From Auanema rhodensis (taxonomy: Eukaryota; Animalia; Nematoda): a stretch of DNA of 64,000 nucleotides. Numbering within the stretch: the first letter of the stretch is position 1; each line of letters begins with the position of its first letter. The notes under the pieces were generated by a model that was not told the origin of the DNA, ran no database searches, and saw nothing but the letters and a program-made list of their open reading frames with translations. A program made the translations under genes and the position numbers. Positions 26,101 through 37,154 of the stretch are shown piece after piece. The stretch lies in contig OZ059895.1 in the NCBI GenBank assembly GCA_964057225.1, forward strand, positions 20,398,001 through 20,462,000, given 5' to 3'.

Positions 26101-29100
26101 CCATTTTTATGAGATTTTTCATCATCTTACAACAAATTCATTTAAATCTAACATGAATTATTTTTTCGTTTTAAAAAGCATTGAATTTCATTGTTTCTTG
26201 TAATATTGGATTTGATTATTGCTTCGTTTGTTTTAAGATTTTGCTTCTGCATAGCTTCAGTGCTCTAGCTGGTTTTCCATTTTTATGAGATTTTTCATCA
26301 TCTTACAAGAAATTCAATTGAATCTAACATGAATTATTTTTTCGTTTTAAAAAGCACTGAATTTCATTGTTTCTTGTAATATTGGATTTGATTATTGCTT
26401 TGTTAGCTTTAAGATTTTTGCTACTACATGTGCTGTGTTTACTGCTCTAGCTGGTTTTCACTTTTTATGAGATTTTTCATCATCTTACAACAAATTCATT
26501 TGAATCTAATATGAATTATTTTTTCGTTTTAAAAAGCATTGAATTTCATTGTTTCTTGTAATATTGGATTTGATTATTGCTTCGTTTATTTTGAGATTTT
26601 GCTTCTGCATAGCTTCAGTGCTCTAGCTGGTTTTCCATTTTTATGAGATTTTTCATCATCTTACAACAAATTCATTTAAATCTAACATGATTTATTTTTT
26701 CGTTTTAAAAAGCATTGAATTTCATTGTTTCTTGTAATATTGGATTTGATTATTGCTTCGTTTATTTTGAGATTTTGCTTCTGCATAGCTTCAGTGCTCT
26801 AGCTGGTTTTCACTTTTTATGAGATTTTTCATCATCTTACAACAAATTCATTTAAATCTAACATGAATTATTTTTTCGTTTTAAAAAGCATTGAATTTTA
26901 TTGTTTCTTGTAATATTGGATTTGATTATTGCTTCGTTTGTTTTAAGATTTTGCTTCTGCATGTCCTGTGTTTACTGCTCTAGCTGTTTTTCACTTTTTA
27001 TGAGATTTTTCATCATCTTACAACAAATTCATTTAAATCTAACATGAATTATTTTTTCGTTTTAAAAAGCATTGAATTTCATTTTTTCTTGTAATATTGG
27101 ATTTGATTATTGCTTCGTTTGTTTTAAGATTTTGCTTCTGCATAGCTTCAGTGCTCTAGCTGGTTTTCCATTTTTATGAGATTTTTCATCATCTTACAAG
27201 AAATTCAATTGAATCTAACATGAATTATTTTTTCGTTTTAAAAAGCACTGAATTTCATTGTTTCTTGTAATATTGGATTTGATTATTGCTTTGTTAGTTT
27301 TAAGATTTTTGCTACTACATGTGCTGTGTTTACTGCTCTAGCTGGTTTTCACTTTTTATGAGATTTTTCATCATCTTACAACAAATTCATTTGAATCTAA
27401 TATGAATTATTTCTTCGTTTTAAAAAGCATTGAATTTCATTGTTTCTTGTAATATTGGATTTGATTATTGCTTCGTTTATTTTGAGATTTTGCTTCTGCA
27501 TAGCTTCAGTGCTCTAGCTGGTTTTCCATTTTTATGAGATTTTTCATCATCTTACAACAAATTCATTTAAATCTAACATGAATTATTTTTTCGTTTTAAA
27601 AAGCATTGAATTTCATTGTTTCTTGTAATATTGGATTTGATTATTGCTTCGTTTGTTTTAAGATTTTTGCTTCTGCATAGCTTCAGTTTGCTGCTTTAGC
27701 TGGTTTTCACTTTTTATGAGATTTTTCATCATCTTACAACAAATTCATTTAAATCTAACATGAATTATTTTTTCGTTTTAAAAAACATTGAATTTCAGTG
27801 TTTCTTGTAATATCGGATTTGATTATTGCTTTGTTAGCTTTAAGATTTTTGCTACTACATGTGCTGTGTTTACTGCTCTAGCTGGTTTTCCATTTTTATG
27901 AGATTTTTCATCATCTTACAACAAATTCATTTAAATCTAACATGAATTATTTTTTCGTTTTAAAAAGCATTGAATTTCATTGTTTCTTGTAATATTGGAT
28001 TTGATTATTGCTTCGTTTGTTTTAAGATTTTTGCTTCTGCATAGCTTCAGTTTGCTGCTTTAGCTGGTTTTCACTTTTTATGAGATTTTTCATCATCTTA
28101 CAACAAATTCATTTAAATCTAACATGAATTATTTTTTGTTTTAAAAAGCATTGAATTTCAGTGTTTCTTGTAATATCGGATTTGATTATTGCTTTGTTAG
28201 CTTTAAGATTTTTGCTACTACATGTGCTGTGTTTACTGCTCTAGCTGGTTTTCACTTTTTATGAGATTTTTCATCATCTTACAACAAATTCATTTGAATC
28301 TAATATGAATTATTTTTTCGTTTTAAAAAGCATTGAATTTCATTGTTTCTTGTAATATTGGATTTGATTATTGCTTCGTTTATTTTGAGATTTTGCTTCT
28401 GCATAGCTTCAGTGCTCTAGCTGGTTTTCCATTTTTATGAGATTTTTCATCATCTTACAACAAATTCATTTAAATCTAACATGAATTATTTTTTCGTTTT
28501 AAAAAGCATTGAATTTCATTGTTTCTTGTAATATTGGATTTGATTATTGCTTCGTTTGTTTTAAGATTTTGCTTCTGCATAGCTTCAGTGCTCTAGCTGG
28601 TTTTCCATTTTTATGAGATTTTTCATCATCTTACAAGAAATTCAATTGAATCTAACATGAATTATTTTTTCGTTTTAAAAAGCACTGAATTTCATTGTTT
28701 CTTGTAATATTGGATTTGATTATTGCTTTGTTAGCTTTAAGATTTTTGCTACTACATGTGCTGTGTTTACTGCTCTAGCTGGTTTTCACTTTTTATGAGA
28801 TTTTTCATCATCTTACAACAAATTCATTTGAATCTAATATGAATTATTTTTTCGTTTTAAAAAGCATTGAATTTCATTGTTCTTGTAATATTGGATTTGA
28901 TTATTGCTTCGTTTATTTTGAGATTTTGCTTCTGCATAGCTTCAGTGCTCTAGCTGGTTTTCCATTTTTATGAGATTTTTCATCATCTTACAACAAATTC
29001 ATTTAAATCTAACATGATTTATTTTTTCGTTTTAAAAAGCATTGAATTTCATTGTTTCTTGTAATATTGGATTTGATTATTGCTTCGTTTATTTTGAGAT

Positions 29101-30826
29101 TTTGCTTCTGCATAGCTTCAGTGCTCTAGCTGGTTTTCACTTTTTATGAGATTTTTCATCATCTTACAACAAATTCATTTAAATCTAACATGAATTATTT
29201 TTTCGTTTTGAAAAGCATTGAATTTCATTGTTTCTTGTAATATTGGATTTGATTATTGCTTCGTTTGTTTTAAGATTTTGCTTCTGCATGTCCTGTGTTT
29301 ACTGCTCTAGCTGGTTTTCACTTTTTATGAGATTTTTCATCATCTTACAAGAAATTCAATTGAATCTAACATGAATTATTTTTTCGTTTGAAATAGCATT
29401 GAATTTCATTGTTCTTGTAATATTGGATTTGATTATTGCTTTGTTAGCTTTAAAATTTTTGCTACTACATGTCCTGTGTTTACTGCTCTAGCTGGTTTTC
29501 ACTTTTTATGAGATTTTTCATCATCTTACAACAAATTCATTTAAATCTAACATGAATTATTTTTTCGTTTTAAAAAGCATTGAATTTCATTGTTTCTTGT
29601 AATATTGGATTTGATTATTGCTTCGTTTGTTTTAAGATTTTGCTTCTGCATAGCTTCAGTGCTCTAGCTGGTTTTCCATTTTTATGAGATTTTTCATCAT
29701 CTTACAAGAAATTCAATTGAATCTAACATGAATTATTTTTTCGTTTTAAAAAGCACTGAATTTCATTGTTTCTTGTAATATTGGATTTGATTATTGCTTT
29801 GTTAGCTTTAAGATTTTTGCTACTACATGTGCTGTGTTTACTGCTCTAGCTGGTTTTCACTTTTTATGAGATTTTTCATCATCTTACAACAAATTCATTT
29901 AAATCTAACATGAATTATTTTTTCGTTTTAAAAAGCATTGAATTTCATTGTTTCTTGTAATATTGGATTTGATTATTGCTTCGTTTGTTTTAAGATTTTG
30001 CTTCTGCATAGCTTCAGTGCTCTAGCTGGTTTTCACTTTTTATGAGATTTTTCATCATCTTACAACAAATTCATTTAAATCTAACATGAATTATTTTTTC
30101 GTTTTAAAAAGCATTGAATTTCATTGTTTCTTGTAATATTGGATTTGATTATTGCTTCGTTTGTTTTAAGATTTTGCTTCTGCATGTCCTGTGTTTACTG
30201 CTCTAGCTGGTTTTCACTTTTTATGAGATTTTTCATCATCTTACAACAAATTCATTTAAATCTAACATGAATTATTTTTTCGTTTTAAAAAGCATTGAAT
30301 TTCATTGTTTCTTGTAATATTGGATTTGATTATTGCTTCGTTTGTTTTAAGATTTTGCTTCTGCATAGCTTCAGTGCTCTAGCTGGTTTTCCATTTTTAT
30401 GAGATTTTTCATCATCTTACAAGAAATTCAATTGAATCTAACATGAATTATTTTTTCGTTTTAAAAAGCACTGAATTTCATTGTTTCTTGTAATATTGGA
30501 TTTGATTATTGCTTTGTTAGCTTTAAGATTTTTGCTACTACATGTGCTGTGTTTACTGCTCTAGCTGGTTTTCACTTTTTATGAGATTTTTCATCATCTT
30601 ACAACAAATTCATTTGAATCTAATATGAATTATTTTTTCGTTTTAAAAAGCATTGAATTTCATTGTTTCTTGTAATATTGGATTTGATTATTGCTTCGTT
30701 TGTTTTAAGATTTTGCTTCTGCATAGCTTCAGTGCTCCAGCTGGTTTTCCATTTTTATGAGATTTTTCATCATCTTGCAACAAATTCATTTGAATCTAAT
30801 ATGAACTATTTTTTCGTTTCAAATAG
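23135..30826 (+). repeat. Satellite array B, left arm (T-rich strand on +): ~43 monomers of mainly 176, 181 or 182 bp
   Basis: The anchor gtttcttgtaata occurs at 23137, 23313, 23495, 23677, 23859, 24041, 24223, 24399, 24575, 24756, 24932 and 25114, giving spacings of 176/182/181. The length difference maps to one variable segment upstream of tgctctagctgg. Confidence 0.98.
24465..29205 (+). repeat. SatB 13-monomer HOR (~2328 bp), two tandem copies
   Basis: Private variants recur at +2328: gaattttattg (24575/26903), tcattttttc (24756/27084), atttcttcg (25081/27409), taaaaaacat (~25451/~27779) and the C-less ttttttgtttt (~25801/~28129). Confidence 0.9.
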
Positions 30827-30915
30827 TAATAAAAATAAGAGAAATAAACAAAGCAATACGAAGCAATAATCAAATCCAATATTACAAGAAACAATGAAAT
30901 TCAATGCTTTTGTTA
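30827..30915. other. SatB orientation-switch (inversion) junction with filler sequence and a nearby deletion
   Basis: The forward monomer ends at ttttcgtttcaaatag. A ~20-nt A-rich filler follows, then aacaaagcaata+cgaagcaataatc from the reverse strand. The first reverse monomer reads tgcttttgttatgttag instead of tgctttttaaaacgaaaaaataattcatgttag. Confidence 0.93.
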
Positions 30916-32999
30916 TGTTAGATTTAAATGAATTTGTTGTAAGATGATGAAAAATCTCATAAAAAGTGAAAACCAGCTAGAGCACTGAAGCTATGCAGAA
31001 GCAAAATCTTAAAACAAACGAAGCAATAATCAAATCCAATATTACAAGAAACAATGAAATTCAATGCTTTTTAAAACGAAAAAGTAATTCATGTTAGATT
31101 TAAATGAATTTGTTGTAAGATGATGAAAAATCTCATAAAAAGTGAAAACCAGCTAGAGCAGTAAACACAGGACATGCAGAAGCAAAATCTTAAAACAAAC
31201 GAAGCAATAATCAAATCCAATATTACAAGAACAATGAAATTCAATGCTTTTTCAAACGAAAAAATAATTCATGTTAGATTCAATTGAATTTCTTGTAAGA
31301 TGAGGAAAAATCTCATAAAAAGTGAAAACCAGCTAGAGCAGTAAACACAGGACATGCAGAAGCAAAATCTTAAAACAAACGAAGCAATAATCAAATCCAA
31401 TATTACAAGAAACAATGAAATTCAATGCTTTTTAAAACGAAAAAATAATTCATGTTAGATTTAAATGAATTTGTTGTAAGATGATGAAAAATCTCATAAA
31501 AAGTGAAAACCAGCTAGAGCAGTAAACACAGGACATGCAGAAGCAAAATCTTAAAACAAACGAAGCAATAATCAAATCCAATATTACAAGAAACAATGAA
31601 ATTCAGTGCTTTTTAAAACGAAAAAATAATTCATGTTAGATTCAATTGAATTTCTTGTAAGATGATGAAAAATCTCATAAAAATGGAAAACCAGCTAGAG
31701 CAGTAAACACAGGACATGTAGTAGCAAAAATTTTAAAGCTAACAAAGCAATAATCAAATCCAATATTACAAGAAACAATGAAATTCAATGCTTTTTCAAA
31801 CGAAAAAATAATTCATGTTAGATTTAAATGAATTTCTTGTAAGATGATGAAAAATCTCATAAAAAGTGAAAACCAGCTAGAGCAGTAAACACAGCACATG
31901 TAGTAGCAAAAATCTTAAAACAAACGAAGCAATAATCAAATCCAATATTACAAGAAACAATGAAATTCAATGCTTTTCAAAACGAAAAAATAATTCATGT
32001 TAGATTTAAATGAATTTGTTGTAAGATGATGAAAAATCTCATAAAAAGTGAAAACCAGCTAGAGCACTGAAGCTATGCAGAAGCAAAATCTTAAAACAAA
32101 CGAAGCAATAATCAAATCCAATATTACAAGAAACAATGAAATTCAATGCTTTTTCAAACGAAAAAATAATTCATGTTAGATTTAAATGAATTTGTTGTAA
32201 GATGATGAAAAATCTCATAAAAAGTGAAAACCAGCTAAAGCAGCAAACTGAAGCTATGCAGAAGCAAAATCTTAAAACAAACGAAGCAATAATCAAATCC
32301 AATATTACAAGAAACAATGAAATTCAATGCTTTTTAAAACGAAAAAATAATTCATGTTAGATTTAAATGAATTTGTTGTAAGATGATGAAAAATCTCATA
32401 AAAAGTGAAAACCAGCTAGAGCAGTAAACACAGCACATGTAGTAGCAAAAATCTTAAAGCTAACAAAGCAATAATCAAATCCAATATTACAAGAAACAAT
32501 GAAATTCAGTGCTTTTTAAAACGAAAAAATAATTCATGTTAGATTAAATTGAATTTCTTGTAAGATGATGAAAAATCTCATAAAAATGGAAAACCAGCTA
32601 GAGCACTGAAGCTATGCAGAAGCAAAATCTTAAAACAAACGAAGCAATAATCAAATCCAATATTACAAGAAACAATGAAATTCAATGCTTTTTCAAACGA
32701 AAAAATAATTCATGTTAGATTTAAATGAATTTGTTGTAAGATGATGAAAAATCTCATAAAAAGTGAAAACCAGCTAGAGCAGTAAACACAGGACATGTAG
32801 TAGCAAAAATTTTAAAGCTAACAAAGCAATAATCAAATCCAATATTACAAGAACAATGAAATTCAATGCTTTTTCAAACGAAAAAATAATTCATGTTAGA
32901 TTCAATTGAATTTCTTGTAAGATGATGAAAAATCTCATAAAAAGTGAAAACCAGCTAGAGCAGTAAACACAGGACATGCAGAAGCAAAATCTTAAAACA

Positions 33000-34990
33000 A
33001 ACGAAGCAATAATCAAATCCAATATTACAAGAAACAATGAAATTCAATGCTTTTCAAAACGAAAAAATAATTCATGTTAGATTTAAATGAATTTGTTGTA
33101 AGATGATGAAAAATCTCATAAAAAGTGAAAACCAGCTAGAGCACTGAAGCTATGCAGAAGCAAAATCTTAAAACAAACGAAGCAATAATCAAATCCAATA
33201 TTACAAGAACAATGAAATTCAATGCTTTTTCAAACGAAAAAATAATTCATGTCAGATTCAATTGAATTTCTTGTAAGATGATGAAAAATCTCATAAAAAG
33301 TGAAAACCAGCTAGAGCAGTAAACACAGGACATGTAGTAGCAAAAATTTTAAAGCTAACAAAGCAATAATCAAATCCAATATTACAAGAAACAATGAAAT
33401 TCAATGCTTTTTAAAACGAAAAAATAATTCATGTTAGATTCAATTGAATTTCTTTTAAGATGATGAAAAATCTCATAAAAAGTGAAAACCAGCTAGAGCA
33501 GTAAACACAGGACATGTAGTAGCAAAAATTTTAAAGCTAACAAAGCAATAATCAAATCCAATATTACAAGAACAATGAAATTCAATGCTTTTCAAAACGA
33601 AAAAATAATTCATGTTAGATTTAAATGAATTTGTTGTAAGATGATGAAAAATCTCATAAAAAGTGAAAACCAGCTAGAGCAGTAAACACAGGACATGTAG
33701 TAGAAAAAATTTTAAAGCTAACAAAGCAATAATCAATTCCAATATTACAAGAAACAATGAAATTCAATGCTTTTTCAAACGAAAAAATAATTCATGTTAG
33801 ATTTAAATGAATTTCTTGTAAGATGATGAAAAATCTCATAAAAAGTGAAAACCAGCTAGAGCAGTAAACACAGCACATGTAGTAGCAAAAATCTTAAAAC
33901 AAACGAAGCAATAATCAAATCCAATATTACAAGAAACAATGAAATTCAATGCTTTTCAAAACGAAAAAATAATTCATGTTAGATTTAAATGAATTTGTTG
34001 TAAGATGATGAAAAATCTCATAAAAAGTGAAAACCAGCTAGAGCACTGAAGCTATGCAGAAGCAAAATCTTAAAACAAACGAAGCAATAATCAAATCCAA
34101 TATTACAAGAACAATGAAATTCAATGCTTTTTCAAACGAAAAAATAATTCATGTCAGATTCAATTGAATTTCTTGTAAGATGATGAAAAATCTCATAAAA
34201 AGTGAAAACCAGCTAGAGCAGTAAACACAGGACATGTAGTAGCAAAAATTTTAAAGCTAACAAAGCAATAATCAAATCCAATATTACAAGAAACAATGAA
34301 ATTCAATGCTTTTTAAAACGAAAAAATAATTCATGTTAGATTCAATTGAATTTCTTTTAAGATGATGAAAAATCTCATAAAAAGTGAAAACCAGCTAGAG
34401 CAGTAAACACAGGACATGTAGTAGCAAAAATTTTAAAGCTAACAAAGCAATAATCAAATCCAATATTACAAGAACAATGAAATTCAATGCTTTTCAAAAC
34501 GAAAAAATAATTCATGTTAGATTTAAATGAATTTGTTGTAAGATGATGAAAAATCTCATAAAAAGTGAAAACCAGCTAGAGCAGTAAACACAGGACATGT
34601 AGTAGAAAAAATTTTAAAGCTAACAAAGCAATAATCAATTCCAATATTACAAGAAACAATGAAATTCAATGCTTTTTCAAACGAAAAAATAATTCATGTT
34701 AGATTTAAATGAATTTCTTGTAAGATGATGAAAAATCTCATAAAAAGTGAAAACCAGCTAGAGCAGTAAACACAGCACATGTAGTAGCAAAAATCTTAAA
34801 ACAAACGAAGCAATAATCAAATCCAATATTACAAGAAACAATGAAATTCAATGCTTTTCAAAACGAAAAAATAATTCATGTTAGATTTAAATGAATTTGT
34901 TGTAAGATGATGAAAAATCTCATAAAAAGTGAAAACCAGCTAGAGCACTGAAGCTATGCAGAAGCAAAATCTTAAAACAAACGAAGCAAT
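33000..34990 (-). repeat. SatB 5-monomer HOR (902 bp), ~2 copies
   Basis: Variants recur at +902: gtcagattca (33251/34153), tcttttaaga (33451/34353) and tagaaaaaat (33701/34603). Boundaries are approximate. Confidence 0.85.
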
Positions 34991-36252
34991 AATCAAATCC
35001 AATATTACAAGAAACAATGAAATTCAATGCTTTTTAAAACGAAAAAATAATTCATGTTAGATTTAAATGAATTTGTTGTAAGATGATGAAAAATCTCATA
35101 AAAAGTGAAAACCAGCTAGAGCAGTAAACACAGGACATGTAGTAGAAAAAATTTTAAAGCTAACAAAGCAATAATCAATTCCAATATTACAAGAAACAAT
35201 GAAATTCAATGCTTTTTCAAACGAAAAAATAATTCATGTTAGATTTAAATGAATTTGTTGTAAGATGATGAAAAATCTCATAAAAAGTGAAAACCAGCTA
35301 GAGCAGTAAACACAGCACATGTAGTAGCAAAAATCTTAAAACAAACGAAGCAATAATCAAATCCAATAGTACAAGAAACAATGAAATTCAATGCTTTTTA
35401 AAACGAAAAAATAAATCATGTTAGATTTAAATGAATTTGTTGTAAGATGATGAAAAATCTCATAAAAAGTGAAAACCAGCTAGAGCACTGAAGCTATGCA
35501 GAAGCAAAATCTTAAAACAAACGAAGCAATAATCAAATCCAATATTACAAGAAACAATGAAATTCAATGCTTTTTAAAACGAAAAAATAATTCATGTTAG
35601 ATTTAAATGAATTTGTTGTAAGATGATGAAAAATCTCATAAAAAGTGAAAACCAGCTAGAGCAGTAAACACAGGACATGTAGTAGAAAAAATTTTAAAGC
35701 TAACAAAGCAATAATCAATTCCAATATTACAAGAAACAATGAAATTCAATGCTTTTTCAAACGAAAAAATAATTCATGTTAGATTTAAATGAATTTGTTG
35801 TAAGATGATGAAAAATCTCATAAAAAGTGAAAACCAGCTAGAGCAGTAAACACAGCACATGTAGTAGCAAAAATCTTAAAACAAACGAAGCAATAATCAA
35901 ATCCAATAGTACAAGAAACAATGAAATTCAATGCTTTTTAAAACGAAAAAATAAATCATGTTAGATTTAAATGAATTTGTTGTAAGATGATGAAAAATCT
36001 CATAAAAAGTGAAAACCAGCTAGAGCACTGAAGCTATGCAGAAGCAAAATCTTAAAACAAACGAAGCAATAATCAAATCCAATATTACAAGAAACAATGA
36101 AATTCAATGCTTTTTAAAACGAAAAAATAATTCATGTTAGATTTAAATGAACTTCTTGTAAGATGATGAAAAATCTCATAAAAAGTGAAAACCAGCTAGA
36201 GCAGTAAACACAGGACATGTAGTAGAAAAAATTTTAAAGCTAACAAAGCAAT
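34880..36252 (-). repeat. SatB 3-monomer HOR (540 bp = 176+182+182), ~2.5 copies
   Basis: Sequence starting at 35041, 35581 and 36121 is in phase. Variants ccaatagt (~35363/~35903) and ataaatcatg (35411/35951) recur at +540. Confidence 0.88.
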
Positions 36253-36315
36253 AAACAAGCAATAAAAGCAGAGAAACAATGAAATTCAATGCTTTTTAAC
36301 AATGAAAAACAAAGA
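36253..36315. other. Scrambled patchwork insertion inside the SatB right arm
   Basis: The normal segment tcaattccaatattaca is replaced by short re-copied pieces of adjacent sequence (acaagcaataa, aagca, agaaacaatgaaattcaatgcttttt, aacaatgaaa, aacaaa), after which the monomer resumes. Confidence 0.9.
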
Positions 36316-36740
36316 AACAATGAAATTCAATGCTTTTTCAAACGAAAAAATAATTCATGTTAGATTTAAATGAATTTGTTGTAAGATGATGAAAAATCTC
36401 ATAAAAAGTGAAAACCAGCTAGAGCAGTAAACACAGCACATGTAGTAGCAAAAATCTTAAAACAAACGAAGCAATAATCAAATCCAATATTACAAGAAAC
36501 AATGAAATTCAATGCTTTTTAAAACGAAAAAATAATTCATGTTAGATTTAAATGAATTTGTTGTAAGATGATGAAAAATCTCATAAAAAGTGAAAACCAG
36601 CTAGAGCAGTAAACACAGGACATGCAGAAGCAAAATCTTAAAACAAACGAAGCAATAATCAAATCCAATATTACAAGAAACAATGAAATTCAATGCTTTT
36701 TAAAACGAAAAAATAATTCATGTTAGATTTAAATGAATTT

Positions 36741-36752
36741 GTTGTTTTATTG
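36741..36752. other. SatB/SatC junction (direct join, 1-nt overlap)
   Basis: The sequence reads ...aaatgaatttgttgt|tttattgatattggtgcatgg. SatB would continue aagatg, and SatC normally reads caaatttttattg or caaattgttattg. Confidence 0.92.
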
Positions 36753-36987
36753 ATATTGGTGCATGGTAACCATGACTTTGAAATTTACGTGAACTTTAAT
36801 TTATGCTAATTAAGTGAACTCATGATGTGCACTTGGTATGTAACTCGCTTCACGTGAAAGATAAAGGGATGCGGTTTTCAAAATTAGATTCCCCATGTCC
36901 ATATTAGTCTAAAAACAAATTTTTATTGATATTGGTGGATGGTAACCATGACTTTGAAATTTACGTGAACTTTAATTTATGCTAATT

Positions 36988-37126
36988 AAGTGCACACATG
37001 ATGTGCACTTGGTATGTAACTCGCTTCACGTGAAAGATAAAGGGATGCGGTTTTCAAAATTAGATTTCGCATGTCCATATTAGTCTAAAAACAAATTGTT
37101 ATTGATATTGGTGCATGGTAACCATG
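36988..37126. repeat. Dyad cluster in the SatC monomer; one copy shown
   Basis: aagtgcaca/tgtgcactt (36988-37010), the palindrome ttcacgtgaa (37025-37034) and catggt-a-accatg (37114-37126). Confidence 0.88.
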
Positions 37127-37154
37127 ACTTTAAAATTTACGTGAACTTTAATTT

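Larger units (their letters stand above)
30847..36745 (-). repeat. Satellite array B, right arm (reverse complement of the left-arm monomer), ~33 monomers
   Basis: gcaataatcaaatccaatattacaagaaacaatgaaattcaatgc is the reverse complement of gcattgaatttcattgtttcttgtaatattggatttgattattgc. The same length variants are present. Confidence 0.98.

Noticed and set aside
30663-30869. 68-aa ORF across the inversion point
   Set aside because: It starts at TTG in a satellite monomer and is open only because of a private TAG>CAG change and the junction filler. It has no coding features.
23135-36745. SatB as a CRISPR-like array (constant repeat plus variable spacer)
   Set aside because: The variable segment has only a few related alleles that are reused many times, the constant part is ~120 bp, and there are no cas genes or leader.
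23128-36745. SatB inverted block as a Foldback-type transposon
   Set aside because: The two ends stop at different monomer positions, the flanks belong to different satellites, and there is no target-site duplication or internal coding region.
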